A stretch of 43,983 bases of DNA from positions 1-43,983 of the IMG/VR virus record IMGVR_UViG_3300027571_000963; one strand, given 5' to 3'. The notes under the pieces are model-generated. The model ran no database searches. It saw nothing but the letters and a program-made list of their open reading frames with translations, and had not been told where the DNA came from. The position numbers and the translations under genes are program-made. Positions 35,924-43,983 of the stretch are shown piece after piece; the first letter of the stretch is position 1; the number at the start of each line of letters is the position of its first letter. Source of the DNA: a virus (lineage: Duplodnaviria > Caudoviricetes).

Positions 35924-36598
35924 CTAATGCATATCGTGCCATTTGTCAAGATCATTTTGCGTGTTTATTTCTAATCCACTAAACTCTACAGGGGTAACGG
36001 CAATTCTATAACCGTGCTGTAGCCAACGCAGTTGCTCCAGCCGCTCGATGTTTTCCTCAGGGCAGGCTGGTAAGTGTTTGTACATTTCTAAGACGTCACG
36101 TCGATAACCATATATGCCCAAATGATGATCTCCATATCCTGTAATTCCTCTGCCAAACCAGTGTGCATATTCGCTGTTGTGTATAACTTTTACACTATTA
36201 GGGTCAGCACGTTGTTCAGCACTCATAGTAGTATATGCTGTAGATAGTTGATGATAGTTTAATTGCCATTCCACCCGCTGTATAATGTCAGTTGTAATAT
36301 CTGGCATGTCTCCTTGTACATTTATGAAACGTTTATACTTGGCAAGTTTAGGATCATCAAGAGCCTTACTGCAACGATCAGTACCGTTATCTGCATCGCC
36401 AGTATATACTATATTACTGTACGGAAACATGTGTGCAACACGCCGACTGTCAGTTAGAACAAAAGTGTCAAAGCCTGCACCCTGACACTTGTTGTAAACA
36501 TAACGTATTAATGGAACGCCATTTAATGGCAATAGCATCTTGCCAGGAAGTCTACTACTATCAATCCGTGCTGGAATAACTATAGCTGATAATGTCAC
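35924..36598 (-). CDS. kdsB: CMP-Kdo synthetase
   Basis: IPAR..SSRLPGK.L, GTDR, NVQGD.P, HLGIYGY, E.LEQLRWL. Confidence 0.92.
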   Translation of the reverse strand: MTLSAIVIPARIDSSRLPGKMLLPLNGVPLIRYVYNKCQGAGFDTFVLTDSRRVAHMFPYSNIVYTGDADNGTDRCSKALDDPKLAKYKRFINVQGDMPDITTDIIQRVEWQLNYHQLSTAYTTMSAEQRADPNSVKVIHNSEYAHWFGRGITGYGDHHLGIYGYRRDVLEMYKHLPACPEENIERLEQLRWLQHGYRIAVTPVEFSGLEINTQNDLDKWHDMH

Positions 36599-37328
36599 GT
36601 ACTACCCTCTCAAAATTTTCTAATCTAAGCATATTTGGCCCATCGGATGGCGCACTATCAGGCAATTCGTGTACTTCAAGGAAGAAATTTGTGATCCCCA
36701 AAGCAGCCCCAGCACGAGCGAGGCCAGGCACAAAGTCACGATTACCCCCACTACTATTGCCTTGTCCTCCAGGCTTTTGTACGCTGTGGGTAACATCGAA
36801 TACAATAGGTACATCAAAGTTATCCAGCATATACTGAAGGCCACAGAAGTCCACCACAAGATTGTTATATCCAAAACTAGTACCTCTTTCTGTTATCCAT
36901 ACTTCTTTGGCACCTTCAGTCTTACTGAGTATTCCTGCTACATCCCATGGTGCCAAAAATTGTCCCTTTTTTATATTTACTATTTTTCCAGTCGCACATG
37001 CTGCCTGAATCAAATCAGTTTGTCTGCATAGAAAAGCAGGAATCTGTATTACATCAACATAGTCTTTGACGTGAAACACCTGATTTATATCGTGAACATC
37101 AGTAAGTATTTTATAACCAAATTCTTCTTTAAGTATACGAAAGTCATGCAAAGTTGGCATCATGCCGACTCCACGTTTTCCTTTAATACTTGTGCGATTC
37201 GCTTTGTCGTAACTTGCTTTGAAGTAATAGTCAATACCATACTTGTCACAGACACGCTTACATTCACGTGCTATTTCAGAACTTTGAGCAAGTGTTTCGT
37301 GTTGGCATGGTCCTGCGATAATACGCAT
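36561..37328 (-). CDS. kdsA: KDO-8-phosphate synthase; start revised
   Basis: IAGPC, KASYDKANRTS, QIPAFLCRQTDL, KKGQF, ERG..FGY, DVTHSVQ, SDGPN. Confidence 0.95.
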   Translation of the reverse strand: MRIIAGPCQHETLAQSSEIARECKRVCDKYGIDYYFKASYDKANRTSIKGKRGVGMMPTLHDFRILKEEFGYKILTDVHDINQVFHVKDYVDVIQIPAFLCRQTDLIQAACATGKIVNIKKGQFLAPWDVAGILSKTEGAKEVWITERGTSFGYNNLVVDFCGLQYMLDNFDVPIVFDVTHSVQKPGGQGNSSGGNRDFVPGLARAGAALGITNFFLEVHELPDSAPSDGPNMLRLENFERVVRDIISYSYSSTD

Positions 37329-37329
37329 T

Positions 37330-38475
37330 TTACATCTTTGTTGTTGTGGACTCATATGTCCGGTTAAATTGATTGTTAACACGAATGAAAGTCGTGCATT
37401 TACTCAATTGCTTCAATGTGCTTGCGCCAACATAGGTGCAAGTAGAACGAATGCCACCAAGAATAGTTTGAATCGTATTCTCAACAGCGCCACGATATGG
37501 CACTAATACTTCGCGACCTTCACTGGCACGATAGTTTTTCAATCCACCAAAGTGTTTGGTGTTTGCTGCGTCACTACTCATACCGTAGAACTGTACAAAC
37601 TGTTTTGCTTCTCTAACTCGATAACCTTCGTTATCAACTTCTGCTGTTTCATAAAACTTTGTGAGTACTTCTCCGCCGCCTTCATCGTGTCCGGCAAGCA
37701 TACCACCCAGCATTACAAAATCGGCGCCGGCGGCAAATGCTTTAGCTACATCACCGGGACAAGTGCAGCCACCATCCGCAATGATATGGCCACCAAGACC
37801 ATGTGCAGCATCAGCGCACTCAATAACAGCGGACAGTTGCGGGTAACCAACACCAGTTTGAATGCGAGTAGTGCATACCGAGCCCGGCCCAATGCCAACT
37901 TTAACAATATCTGCTCCTGCAAGAATCAATTCCTCCGTCATTTCTCCAGTAACTACGTTACCTGCTATAATTACAATATGTGGATAGTTTCTACGGAAGT
38001 GTTTGACATAATCAACAAATCGTTCACTGTATCCGTTAGCAACGTCAATACAAACATACTTTAGATTATACCCAACTTGTTCATAAACATTGCGAAACTT
38101 CATTTCGTCTTTTTCAGTAATGCCAATACTCATAGCAACATTGTCAGAACGAATAAACATATGATCTTGATCTTCTGGGTCAAAGAAGCAAACAAGTTCA
38201 GTTTCGCTGTATGTCTTAACTAGGCAAGTAAACATCCCTAGTTTAGCAAGAGCGTCTGCTTGTTCAAATGTTCCCACACCGTCCATATTTGCAGCCATAA
38301 TTGGGATACCGTCATAGTGATCTTCTTCCCAACTTTCGTGTTCAAAGTGCGGTTCATAGTTGCGGAACTTGAACTTACGGTTCAAGTCTACTTCGCTGCG
38401 TGATCCTAGTGTGCTACGCTTTGGACGAATAAGAACATCACTGTAGTCTAGTAGTACTTCGTTTTCAATACGCAT
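37330..38475 (-). CDS. guaC: GMP reductase; start revised
   Basis: [44 protein letters not shown]. Confidence 0.95.
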   Translation of the reverse strand: MRIENEVLLDYSDVLIRPKRSTLGSRSEVDLNRKFKFRNYEPHFEHESWEEDHYDGIPIMAANMDGVGTFEQADALAKLGMFTCLVKTYSETELVCFFDPEDQDHMFIRSDNVAMSIGITEKDEMKFRNVYEQVGYNLKYVCIDVANGYSERFVDYVKHFRRNYPHIVIIAGNVVTGEMTEELILAGADIVKVGIGPGSVCTTRIQTGVGYPQLSAVIECADAAHGLGGHIIADGGCTCPGDVAKAFAAGADFVMLGGMLAGHDEGGGEVLTKFYETAEVDNEGYRVREAKQFVQFYGMSSDAANTKHFGGLKNYRASEGREVLVPYRGAVENTIQTILGGIRSTCTYVGASTLKQLSKCTTFIRVNNQFNRTYESTTTKM

Positions 38476-38476
38476 T

Positions 38477-38620
38477 TTATGCCTCTGCTGGTTTATTTGC
38501 AAGTTGCTGTTCAAGTTCAACTACACGTTGTTTAATAGCTTTATTTTCATGTTCTACTTTTCCTACACGGTCAATAATTGCATGAAGCCGCATTTCTAGT
38601 TGTTGAATTGAATAACTCAT
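38477..38620 (-). CDS. Small coiled-coil protein; start revised
   Basis: ATGA overlap with the upstream exonuclease gene. Confidence 0.6.
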   Translation of the reverse strand: MSYSIQQLEMRLHAIIDRVGKVEHENKAIKQRVVELEQQLANKPAEA

Positions 38621-39156
38621 TTTATTTGTAATCCCAAATATTGTATAGACTGTTGTACACACCGTGCTTGCACCTTGCAGTCTTCTAGTGCATTATGAGC
38701 CTCAAAGTTGATCTCTTTGCGAGGGTCTTTGGGCATGATCTGAAACAACGTCCTGCTGTCTCGAATTTTCCAGAATGGCCAAGGAGTATGATGATTATAC
38801 TGTCTGAACAAATTTTCCAGAATAACAATATCAAATGCTGGGCCCTGTGCCCAGATAGCATCTACTCCAACACACCATTTATTAAGTGCTGTGAGGATGT
38901 TAAACACTGGAGTACGATCATGATCTCCTAGTGCTTCCTCCATTACTGCTGGATCCTGCGTACCCCACCATTCAAGGGTACTAGGGTCTGTTGCACGACC
39001 AGCATCAAGTTGTTCGTTAACATCAAACCTATAGTAAAAATAACTATGGCTTGGACTAATCACATTGGGGTCAAACTTTACCCCACCAATTGTCAACACT
39101 ACGGCGTCTGGAGTAGTCGCGAGTGTTTCCAAGTCAATCATTGCGTGGGTCGACAT
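38617..39156 (-). CDS. DEDDh 3'-5' exonuclease (Rv2179c-like)
   Basis: MIDLETL, FDIVIL, RDSRT, HNALED. Confidence 0.88.
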   Translation of the reverse strand: MSTHAMIDLETLATTPDAVVLTIGGVKFDPNVISPSHSYFYYRFDVNEQLDAGRATDPSTLEWWGTQDPAVMEEALGDHDRTPVFNILTALNKWCVGVDAIWAQGPAFDIVILENLFRQYNHHTPWPFWKIRDSRTLFQIMPKDPRKEINFEAHNALEDCKVQARCVQQSIQYLGLQIK

Positions 39157-39190
39157 AAATCCTCACTTGTTACGCTCTGCAAAACTTACT

Positions 39191-39613
39191 TCAAATTTTG
39201 GGGCTTTCATTGTCTGCTACCCGCTTTCTCAAGTCACTGCTACTAAATCTATGGTCACGTTTGTTAAAGTATAGTTGAATTCCACGCTTACGGCAAATGT
39301 CCTTGCCTGTAAAATCCTTATCTCTATATTCTTCACCTAGTATTCTAACATCAATATGATACATTGTCAAGATGTCTTCTAGATCTCGTTCACTCACGTA
39401 AGGGATTATTTCGTCAACATAACTCACAGCGTGTAACTGTGCATAACGTTCAACAATGGTTTGTATGGGGGAATTTTTTGTTGGACGATCTAGTGCTGGA
39501 TCTAGTTGTAACCCAACTATAAGATAATCACATTGTTCTTTTGCTTCACGAAGCATTTGTATATGTCCAGCGTGTAATAAGTCAAAGGCGCTGGCAGTAA
39601 AACCTACAATCAT
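39191..39613 (-). CDS. TagD-like cytidylyltransferase
   Basis: FDLLHAGH, ER...L...YVDE, RxxxxSSS. Confidence 0.9.
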   Translation of the reverse strand: MIVGFTASAFDLLHAGHIQMLREAKEQCDYLIVGLQLDPALDRPTKNSPIQTIVERYAQLHAVSYVDEIIPYVSERDLEDILTMYHIDVRILGEEYRDKDFTGKDICRKRGIQLYFNKRDHRFSSSDLRKRVADNESPKI

Positions 39614-39909
39614 GTTTCCTCGATAGTAACACCTAGCGGAAAGCCTGCACTGCGGGCTGCGCTAATGGTTTCAACACATTTTTGTTCAGCAATCTCAAAC
39701 ATATACGTGCCAACAATGCTGCGGCCTTTTTCATGAATCTCTAGCGTAAGACGTTTAGCTTCTTCCAAGTCTTTATTAAAGATAGCAATTAATACTTGTA
39801 CCACAAAGTCCATTGGTGTTGAGTCGTCATTAAGCATGATAACATTATATTTGCCTGGGCCTTTGAGGCGTGTGATTTCGTCTTGTGCTTTATGCTGTTC
39901 CTGTGTCAT
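39610..39909 (-). CDS. clpS: Clp protease adaptor ClpS
   Basis: YNVIMLNDD.TPMDFV...EIH..G..IVG...EIAEQK...FPL. Confidence 0.95.
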   Translation of the reverse strand: MTQEQHKAQDEITRLKGPGKYNVIMLNDDSTPMDFVVQVLIAIFNKDLEEAKRLTLEIHEKGRSIVGTYMFEIAEQKCVETISAARSAGFPLGVTIEET

Positions 39910-39929
39910 TTTATACCTTTAATTGTGTA

Positions 39930-39949
39930 CAGTGGGGTTTCCCCCACTG
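39930..39949 (-). terminator. Hairpin after hsp20 (terminator or stabiliser)
   Basis: CAGTGGGG/CCCCACTG stem; no clear U-tract. Confidence 0.5.
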
Positions 39950-39964
39950 CGTTGCTGTTTAAAA

Positions 39965-40393
39965 TTAGCGAATTTTAATCTGACGTGGTAGTAGTTCTTC
40001 TGGGATATTACGCTTTAGAGTGATGTTAAGAACACCTAGCTCTAGAACTGCATCCTTGACTTCTACGTGGTCTGCGATTCTAAATTGACGCTCAAAGCTA
40101 CGTCCTGCGATACCCTTGTGTAGGTAGTTGACTTCAATTTGTGATTCTGGTGCTGTACCAGTTACAGTTAGCATATTGCCGTCTTGTGTTAGTTGTAGAT
40201 CTTCCATACGGAACCCTGCAACTGCAATACTAATAATATACTCATTGTCGTCAACTTTAACGATGTTATATGGAGGATATGTATTTGTTGTGTTAGCGAA
40301 TACACGCTCTACATCGTTAAACAAATCATCAAAACCTACTGTGTGCTTGAATAGTGCTGGTAGGTCGCGGGTAGTTACTTTATAGCTTGTCAT
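39965..40393 (-). CDS. Small heat-shock protein (Hsp20/IbpA family)
   Basis: GFD..F, YPPYNI, AVAGF, YLHKGIA.R.F...F, GVL.I.L...IPE. Confidence 0.95.
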   Translation of the reverse strand: MTSYKVTTRDLPALFKHTVGFDDLFNDVERVFANTTNTYPPYNIVKVDDNEYIISIAVAGFRMEDLQLTQDGNMLTVTGTAPESQIEVNYLHKGIAGRSFERQFRIADHVEVKDAVLELGVLNITLKRNIPEELLPRQIKIR

Positions 40394-40399
40394 GTGTTT

Positions 40400-40443
40400 T
40401 CTCCTTTAATAAGCAAGATATATTGGGACCCATTAGGCATCCC
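40400..40443 (-). promoter_or_regulatory. ROSE-like RNA thermometer in the hsp20 5' UTR
   Basis: UCUUGCU-UAUUAA-AGGAGA hairpin occluding the SD, preceded by a GGGA...UCCC hairpin. Confidence 0.65.
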
Positions 40444-40514
40444 TGTATAAAGTTAATCATTAACCATATACATTATTATTTATAACACGAAAACTGAATT
40501 AAGTCAATAGTTAA

Positions 40515-40742
40515 TTAATAGCCGTCACGTTTTGCGCAATACTTACGCCAACGTGATTTTGCGGCTGCTTTGCGGCGCTTGTTTAATTCAAAATTTGGAA
40601 TGAATGCTTTGCGTTCACGTACTTCTTGAAGAATGCCATCTAACATGACTTTTTTCTTCAATCTGCGAATTGCCTGTTCTACATTGCCATTGCGTACTTC
40701 TACACGCATACCACTGGCATCGCTTTTGGGATGTTTACTCAT
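40515..40742 (-). CDS. rpsU: Ribosomal protein bS21
   Basis: VEVRNGNVEQAIRRLKKK...GILQEVRER...RRKAAA..RWRK. Confidence 0.92.
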   Translation of the reverse strand: MSKHPKSDASGMRVEVRNGNVEQAIRRLKKKVMLDGILQEVRERKAFIPNFELNKRRKAAAKSRWRKYCAKRDGY

Positions 40743-40749
40743 CTTTTAC

Positions 40750-41283
40750 CTATTTTATCTTAGCACTGATTCGGTTGCCACCCATGCTGAACGGTTCTAG
40801 TTCAACACCCAGTTGCTCTGCAAAAGTGAGTAGCAGGGTACGTGCCATTTCTTGTTTCCCTCGTTCACGACCACGAAGGGTGACAGTTAGAGTAACTTTG
40901 CATCGCTTCTCTAACATTTTTCGAATATTCGCTACCTTAATATCAATATCGTGTTTGTCAATATTAAGTCCCATGCGAACTTCTTTTTGCTCGATCACGC
41001 TTTCACGTGCCTTTTTTGCAGCTTCTTTTTCACGCTGCTTTTGATCGTATAGGTATTTACCAATATCCATGATACGACACACTGGGGGAGAAGCCATTGC
41101 TGAGATCATAATCAAATCTAGATCTCTGCTATCTGCTAAGTTTAGTGCATCACGTGTTGATAGTATTTCACTACTACCATCTTCGTGTGACAGTCTAACT
41201 TGTGGAACACGAATAGCATCGTTATATACTACATTGCTCCGTACGTCTTTGTGCCTACGATCAAAACTTCGAACGTTGCTCAA
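40750..41283 (-). CDS. infC: Translation initiation factor IF-3
   Basis: N..IR..QVRL, DL..I.....PPVCRIMD.GKY.Y, KEVR....ID.HD...K, KV......RGRE. Confidence 0.93.
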   Translation of the reverse strand: MSNVRSFDRRHKDVRSNVVYNDAIRVPQVRLSHEDGSSEILSTRDALNLADSRDLDLIMISAMASPPVCRIMDIGKYLYDQKQREKEAAKKARESVIEQKEVRMGLNIDKHDIDIKVANIRKMLEKRCKVTLTVTLRGRERGKQEMARTLLLTFAEQLGVELEPFSMGGNRISAKIK

Positions 41284-42506
41284 TTGATACTTCCCTTGAT
41301 CATGTGTGGCTTTCTTTCATGTCTTATTGTTTCCTCCGATACGACAATCTTTTTTACGCCTTTCGCGGCTAGTTCAGGTAATTCATATTGAACGTCTATT
41401 AGTGCCATGTCGATGATCTTACGCAATCCTCTTGCACCCAGGTCCTGTTCAATAGCGATGTCAACAATAGCATCTATACCTCTTATATTAAACTCTAACT
41501 CAACATTGTCAAGCTCAAACAGTGCTTGATATTGTTGTAGTAAACTATTTTTAGGTTCTGTTAGTACCTTTTTTAGGTCATCTCTATTTAGTTCGTGTAA
41601 TACGTTAACACTTGGAAGTCTACCTAAGAACTCTGGAATAAGACCATATTTTACCAAGTCCTGTGTTTCCAAATTATCTTCCCACGCTAACTCTGATTTA
41701 TTATCTTCTTTAAACCCAATCTTACTTTTGCCCAAACGTTGCATTACGACATTTTCAATACCTACAAATGCGCCTCCTACAATAAAGAGGATATTTGATG
41801 TGTCTATAACAACTTCTTCTGGATTTGCGCCTTTTTTATTGGGGACTTTGAGTGTTGTACCTTCCATGAGTTTAAGTAAACTCTGCTGTACCCCCTCGCC
41901 GCTAACATCACGGCTTAAACTTACCAAGTCATTACGCTTGGCCTTTTTATCAATCTCGTCCACGTAGATGATGCCTATTTCTGTTTTAACAACATCATAA
42001 TCACTGTTTTGAAATAATTTATGAATAAGTACTTCTGCATCTTCACCCGCATATCCACTCTCTGTAATAGTGGTGGCATCAGTGATAACAAACGGCACAT
42101 CTAAAAATCGTGCCAATGTTTGTGCGAAAAGAGTTTTCCCCACGCCAGTTGGGCCCAACAACAACACATTGCTTTTTTGTACTGGTACACGTGTCACATT
42201 GAATATACGTTTGCAATGATTATATACTGCAACACTGATGCTTTTTTTAGCACGTTCTTGACCAACAATGTACTGATTTAAATATTCGTGTATCTCACGT
42301 GGAGTAGGGGTAGCATAGATGTCACGTAGGCGCTTTCTACGCTGTGCTAGCGTCTTTTGTTTATCCTCACGCGATAGTATGCCGTGTGATAGCTCTACGC
42401 ACAAGTCACAAATATAAACATCGTCCTGCCCACTTATGAGTTTGTTCACCTGTTTCTTGGTCTTGCCGCAAAACGAACATTGCAATATGTGTTCTTGATT
42501 GTTCAC
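41280..42506 (-). CDS. clpX: ATP-dependent Clp protease ATPase ClpX
   Basis: CSFC/CDLC zinc finger, [39 protein letters not shown]. Confidence 0.95.
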   Translation of the reverse strand: MNNQEHILQCSFCGKTKKQVNKLISGQDDVYICDLCVELSHGILSREDKQKTLAQRRKRLRDIYATPTPREIHEYLNQYIVGQERAKKSISVAVYNHCKRIFNVTRVPVQKSNVLLLGPTGVGKTLFAQTLARFLDVPFVITDATTITESGYAGEDAEVLIHKLFQNSDYDVVKTEIGIIYVDEIDKKAKRNDLVSLSRDVSGEGVQQSLLKLMEGTTLKVPNKKGANPEEVVIDTSNILFIVGGAFVGIENVVMQRLGKSKIGFKEDNKSELAWEDNLETQDLVKYGLIPEFLGRLPSVNVLHELNRDDLKKVLTEPKNSLLQQYQALFELDNVELEFNIRGIDAIVDIAIEQDLGARGLRKIIDMALIDVQYELPELAAKGVKKIVVSEETIRHERKPHMIKGSIN

Positions 42507-42943
42507 TGGGCGTATGAATTTAGTTGCATTTGTAGATAGGCATCAATTTCTTCCATGTTACATAGGATTAGAAATTCGCCAGTTGCGTTAAGTAAACGTA
42601 CAGCTTCCTGCTTCTTATTTTTATCATTGTAAAAAATAATGCTATGATTGTCGTCTTGCTTTTTCAACAGGGCAGTGCATACATCAACCCAAGCACACGT
42701 GTCTAGGTCAACAAACATCATGTCTACACGCCCGCTTACATACCACATCCAGGCAATGCTGACTGCGGTTGTAATCGAAGGCTGTACATTAAACACAATA
42801 CTGTGATCAATGTGCTTCTCGAAAAGATTCTTAACACCTGTAATAAAATCAGGATTAGTGCTTGTAATTAGAACACTGATGCCATCGTCAGTGAGTAGTA
42901 AGTCTGGATTAGTTACTGTGTAACTGCTATTGTCTGATTGCAT
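42503..42943 (-). CDS. Hypothetical protein
   Basis: ORF overlapping the clpX start. Confidence 0.7.
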   Translation of the reverse strand: MQSDNSSYTVTNPDLLLTDDGISVLITSTNPDFITGVKNLFEKHIDHSIVFNVQPSITTAVSIAWMWYVSGRVDMMFVDLDTCAWVDVCTALLKKQDDNHSIIFYNDKNKKQEAVRLLNATGEFLILCNMEEIDAYLQMQLNSYAQ

Positions 42944-42952
42944 TAATAACTC

Positions 42953-43983
42953 TTATTGTTGCTTCTTTTTTTCTTCAAGAATAGCTTGATATACTTGCTC
43001 TAGTGTTTCTGGATCCGCCGTCTCAAGCATTTCAGCTATAGGATCTCTCTCCGTGGGTGATTCTAAGTTTGCTTTACGATCTCTTGTCTCTTTATTTAGC
43101 TGTAGTTGTCTACGTATAAAATCGTTAATGATACGGCCTGATGTTTGTGGTTCCGTTTTAAATTCCACTACATCTTCTGCTAATTCTTCAATAATATCTT
43201 CCATATGATCTATTTTTTGTTCAAGTTCTGATAGTTCATCTGAAACTTTTATTTGATTATTATTTTTTACTTCTTCAACAACTGGCGCTGCTTTGCGCTT
43301 TCTGGCTGGAGTGCTTTCAATTAGTGTCAAACCAGCGATAACTAGCACAACTGCTAATGGGTCAAACACTGCGACCAGTATCATAATAACCCAACGCACA
43401 GCCTGCTCTAGTGTATCTTTATTTGTTTGATCACCGTAAATAACTTCAGCAATATATTTAACTGGGCCTACTTCAGCTTCTAATTTGCGTGTCTCAGCTT
43501 CAATACTATACTTTGTTTCCAGTAGGTTGTCAATTTCTAATTCAGCAGTTGTTACAATTTCTTGTTGTGCTGCTATGTCAGCTTCAACATCAGCTACGCT
43601 TGCTGTACCCAATTGACTGCGCAAACGATTAATAAGATCATTTGACTGTGCTATTTGGGCGTCTGCACTACTACGCAATTGTTGCATTTCTGCTACATTC
43701 GCACTACGCTGTGAGTTAATTTGTTCTAGTGCTGTTGCACGATCAGTTTCATTCTTTTCGCGGAATGACTGCACTGCTGCCGCTGTTTGTGGTCCATAAT
43801 TACCGTCTTGGCGGGCACCAATTAAACCCTGTAGTGCTTTAATATCGTTACTTGCTACATACTGACTTATAAGTGCCAGCACACGGTCTGCTTCTGCTTG
43901 TTGGGATACGTAAGGAGCAATGGTAGCGTTTAAACGAGCTTCTGCGGCTGCAATATCGTTATTCAAACGTTCTACTACTGTTT
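42953..43983 (-). CDS. Coiled-coil membrane protein with peptidoglycan-binding-like motif (5' end beyond the window)
   Basis: LQGLIG..QDGNYGPQTAAAV..F motif; EAEVGPVKYIA...FDPLAV TM segment; frame open to the right edge. Confidence 0.7.
   Translation of the reverse strand, partial: TVVERLNNDIAAAEARLNATIAPYVSQQAEADRVLALISQYVASNDIKALQGLIGARQDGNYGPQTAAAVQSFREKNETDRATALEQINSQRSANVAEMQQLRSSADAQIAQSNDLINRLRSQLGTASVADVEADIAAQQEIVTTAELEIDNLLETKYSIEAETRKLEAEVGPVKYIAEVIYGDQTNKDTLEQAVRWVIMILVAVFDPLAVVLVIAGLTLIESTPARKRKAAPVVEEVKNNNQIKVSDELSELEQKIDHMEDIIEELAEDVVEFKTEPQTSGRIINDFIRRQLQLNKETRDRKANLESPTERDPIAEMLETADPETLEQVYQAILEEKKKQQ

Noticed and set aside
37330-38475. IMP dehydrogenase (guaB)
   Set aside because: No CBS domains; ANGYSE and RASEG motifs fit GMP reductase
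208-42000. Many opposite-strand ORFs in the track (e.g. 523-864, 1853-2524, 3640-4032, 12606-12965, 13524-14021, 37552-38064)
   Set aside because: Antisense shadows of well-supported genes, with no RBS or recognisable motifs
12242-42506. Bacterial chromosome origin, suggested by clp, inf, rpsU and kds genes
   Set aside because: Gene order is non-bacterial and interleaved with spanins, endolysin, fibre, homing nucleases and T4-type late promoters
1-43983. CRISPR array or cas genes
   Set aside because: No regularly spaced direct repeats or Cas motifs seen; the repeats found are protein repeats or tRNA T-arms
1-43983. Alternative genetic code (stop-codon reassignment)
   Set aside because: Recognisable genes are full length in code 11 and end in TAA, TGA or TAG; no suppressor anticodon among the tRNAs

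Overview
This window looks like a segment of a large T4-like or jumbo phage genome using the standard genetic code. Genes are dense, mostly on the minus strand, and often overlap (ATGA/TAATG). About 20 T4-type TAAATA late-promoter boxes and several sigma70 promoters are visible. The host is probably an alphaproteobacterium (Rhodobacteraceae-like), judged from a circularly permuted two-piece tmRNA with tag ANDNRAPAMAIAA, a porin and a DUF1127 gene. Gene content includes likely head-internal proteins, a repeat-rich fibre protein, lysis genes (amidase-SH3, spanins, holin candidates), proteostasis genes (ClpA, ClpX, ClpS, DnaJ, Hsp20 with a ROSE-like thermometer, tmRNA), translation genes (IF1, IF3, bS21) and auxiliary genes (PhoH, UvsE, Dps, GuaC, KdsA/KdsB). 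Four regions are most unusual. (1) An RNA island at 22.0-24.3 kb has atypical tRNAs: Ser-ACT, and Ile-TAT and CAT tRNAs with long variable arms. It also has a tRNA gene split by an HNH-plus-tRNA cassette, a tRNA-like RNA with an extended arm, an orphan sRNA, and a 170-nt RNA with short 16S rRNA-like motifs. (2) A 7-gene operon has three split radical-SAM/SPASM pairs plus one fused enzyme. (3) A T4-type DNA ligase homolog lacks its catalytic lysine. (4) The ClpX has altered tag-recognition loops. All calls come from reading motifs by eye; no database searches were run.
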